From an uncultured Acidimicrobiales bacterium (GTDB lineage: Bacteria > Actinomycetota > Acidimicrobiia > Acidimicrobiales > Hopanoidiivorantaceae), in assembly GCA_964514465.1 (NCBI GenBank), contig CAZERQ010000192.1, positions 1 through 61,748 of the forward strand: a stretch of 61,748 nt of DNA, written 5' to 3'. Below are positions 60,250-61,748 of this stretch, in pieces. Position 1 is the stretch's first letter. Each line of letters begins with the position of its first letter. The position numbers and the translations under genes are program-made. Below the pieces are notes generated by a model, which did not search any database, was not told the origin of the DNA, and saw nothing but the letters and a program-made list of their open reading frames with translations.

Positions 60250-61032
60250 ATGGCAACCAAAGCAACAACCAAAACCACCGCCAAGGCCAGCAAATCTGTT
60301 AAGGCCGTGAAGACGGTCAAGCCCGCGAAGTCGGCAAAGACGGCCAAGCCCGCGAAAGCGGTTAAGCCCAAGGCGAGCAAGCCGAAGCCAGCCAAGGCGG
60401 CCAAGCCGTCGAAGCCAGCGAAGCCCGCGAAGGCTGCCAAGACGGTGAAGGCGGCCAAGCCTGCCAAAGCCGCGAAGCCAGCGAAGACACCTAAAGTCGT
60501 AAAGGCCACGAAGCTGGCCAAGCCCGCGAAACCAGCAAAGGCCACGAAGCCGGCCAAACCTGCGAAACCAGCAAAGCCGAAAGCCGCCAAGCCAAAAGCC
60601 AAGGCCACCAAACCCAAACCCAAACCCAAAGCCAAACCCCGCGCCAAAGCCAGCCCGTTCTTCGACAAGCAATTTCTGGAGCAGCAGATTAGGCTGCTGA
60701 CGCTGGAGCGAGAGAAATACCTCAAGTCATCGGCATCGCTGGAAAGCGAGGCACAGCAGTTGCTGGAAACCCGCGAGCAAGGCGATGTCCAATTTGACGA
60801 GGAGTCCGCCCAGGGCGACAGCTGGGCCATAGCCAGAGACCAGGATCTGGTGCTGAGCGCCGAAGCCCGTGCCACAGTCTCAAAAATAGACGAAGCTCTG
60901 GCGCGCATCAATGACGGAACCTACGGCATCTGCGTGCGCACCGGCGAGCCCATCCCTAAGGCGCGCCTCAAGGCCATCCCCTGGGCCACCGAAACGGTGG
61001 AACAAAAAGCACACGGATTGCTGCTGCGCTAA
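60250..61032 (+). CDS. DksA/TraR-family regulator with N-terminal Lys/Ala/Pro-rich histone-H1-like tail and no Cys4 zinc finger
   Basis: The first ~130 aa are KAxKPAK repeats. They are followed by a coiled coil (LEQQIRLLTLEREKYL...) and SKIDEALARINDGTYGICVRTGEPIPKARLKAIPWATETVE, in which only one Cys is left in the finger region. Confidence 0.8.
   Translation: MATKATTKTTAKASKSVKAVKTVKPAKSAKTAKPAKAVKPKASKPKPAKAAKPSKPAKPAKAAKTVKAAKPAKAAKPAKTPKVVKATKLAKPAKPAKATKPAKPAKPAKPKAAKPKAKATKPKPKPKAKPRAKASPFFDKQFLEQQIRLLTLEREKYLKSSASLESEAQQLLETREQGDVQFDEESAQGDSWAIARDQDLVLSAEARATVSKIDEALARINDGTYGICVRTGEPIPKARLKAIPWATETVEQKAHGLLLR
60262..60648 (+). repeat. Low-complexity coding repeat (AKPAK/KAAKP units)
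   Basis: Recurrent gccaagcccgcgaa, gccaagccgtcgaagccagcgaagcccgcgaag, aaacccaaacccaaacccaaagcc. Confidence 0.85.
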
Positions 61033-61587
61033 GTGCACAAAACACGCCTCACCCTGCTGCTGTCAATAGCCGCGCTCTGGCTGGCCGCCGACCAGCTGAC
61101 CAAGCACTTTGCGCTGAGCGCATTGGAAGACAACCCCCGCCACATCGTGGGGTTCCTGTGGCTGCGGCTGGCGCGCAACAGCGGCTCCGCATTCGGCATC
61201 GCCAGCAACTATGGGGTCTGGATCGGACTGGTCGGGGTGGCAATCTTGGCGTCATTTTTTTTGGTGGTGCGACAGCTACAGGGCCGCGCCAGCGTTGTTT
61301 TCGTGGCACTGATCATGGGAGGAGCCGTGGGCAACTTGGGCGACCGCATCTTTCGGGCGGACGACGGCTTCATGTCCGGCAAGGTGGTGGACTTCATTGA
61401 CCTGACTTGGTGGCCCATATTCAACTTGGCCGACACGGGGATTGTGGTGGGCTTGTTCGGCACGGCGATATTGTTTTTCCTGAGCCACCGCCGCGAGGAA
61501 ATGGCCGGGGCCGCGGCTGACGAGACGACGGGGACCGGAACGGCAGGGACCGGAACGACGACAGACGAGACAGCAGACGATGAATGA
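61033..61587 (+). CDS. lspA: Lipoprotein signal peptidase (signal peptidase II)
   Basis: LARNSGSAFG, GGAVGNLGDR, VVDFIDL, FNLADTGIVVG. GTG start directly after the preceding stop. Confidence 0.9.
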   Translation: MHKTRLTLLLSIAALWLAADQLTKHFALSALEDNPRHIVGFLWLRLARNSGSAFGIASNYGVWIGLVGVAILASFFLVVRQLQGRASVVFVALIMGGAVGNLGDRIFRADDGFMSGKVVDFIDLTWWPIFNLADTGIVVGLFGTAILFFLSHRREEMAGAAADETTGTGTAGTGTTTDETADDE

Positions 61588-61748
61588 GCAGACCCCCGAG
61601 CCAGCCCCCGAACAGCCACCCGAGTCAGTGCCCGAGTCGCTGGTGGGGGAACGGCTGGACCGCAGCCTGTCGGTGCTGTTCAACCTGAGCCGGTCGCAGT
61701 CCAGCGGTCTGATCGAGTCAGGCGCGGTCACGGTCAACCAAAAGCGCG
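61584..61748 (+). CDS. rluD: RluD-family pseudouridine synthase, 3-prime truncated by the window edge
   Basis: My own translation: MNEQTPEPAPEQPPESVPESLVGERLDRSLSVLFNLSRSQSSGLIESGAVTVNQKR (S4-like N-terminus). ATGA overlap with the lspA stop. Conserved lspA-rluD order. Confidence 0.7.

Overview
This is a 61.7 kb high-GC window. Hand counts of single 60-nt lines give about 70% GC, and the gene order is typical of Actinomycetota. From ~10.6 kb to the end it is almost entirely conserved housekeeping backbone. The order is aroE-aroK-aroB-aroQ, an M24 peptidase, efp, nusB fused to carA, carB, fhs (minus strand), mihF-gmk-rpoZ-coaBC-metK-priA-def-fmt, mog, ribD, hisG and a DUF3040 gene. A minus-strand MoxR/DUF58/transglutaminase operon follows, then an HNH gene and a BPL/LplA-like gene. 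Next comes a full dcw cluster (mraZ-rsmH-ftsL-ftsI-murE-mraY-murD-ftsW-murG-murC-murB-ftsQ-ftsZ-pgeF-yggS-sepF-yggT). The window ends with ileS (minus strand), a histone-tailed DksA-like gene, lspA and the start of rluD. The exception is the first ~10.6 kb. It holds three same-strand genes for very large secreted proteins built from a ~115-125 aa tandem repeat that I cannot assign to a named family. Each repeat has a DxDxDG-type loop (VPQLDADGDGVNDFAGT) and a conserved Cys pair. Two of the three proteins end in the same Trp-rich ~170-aa double module. The 5-prime part of this island is strikingly AT-rich (28-48% GC in spot counts), and GC climbs to host level inside the 6.6 kb ORF. Four other points stand out. 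(1) nusB and carA are joined in frame through a 4 x 18-nt tandem repeat. (2) Many essential genes carry recent-looking in-frame tandem micro-duplications of 12-24 nt, and some straddle stop codons. (3) The dcw promoter is a textbook TTGACA-17-TATAGT overlapped by four 10-bp-phased GTGG boxes, a likely MraZ operator. (4) murF and divIVA are missing from an otherwise canonical dcw cluster. I found no tRNA, rRNA, CRISPR array or transposase. Many long antisense ORFs in the track are GC-bias artefacts.
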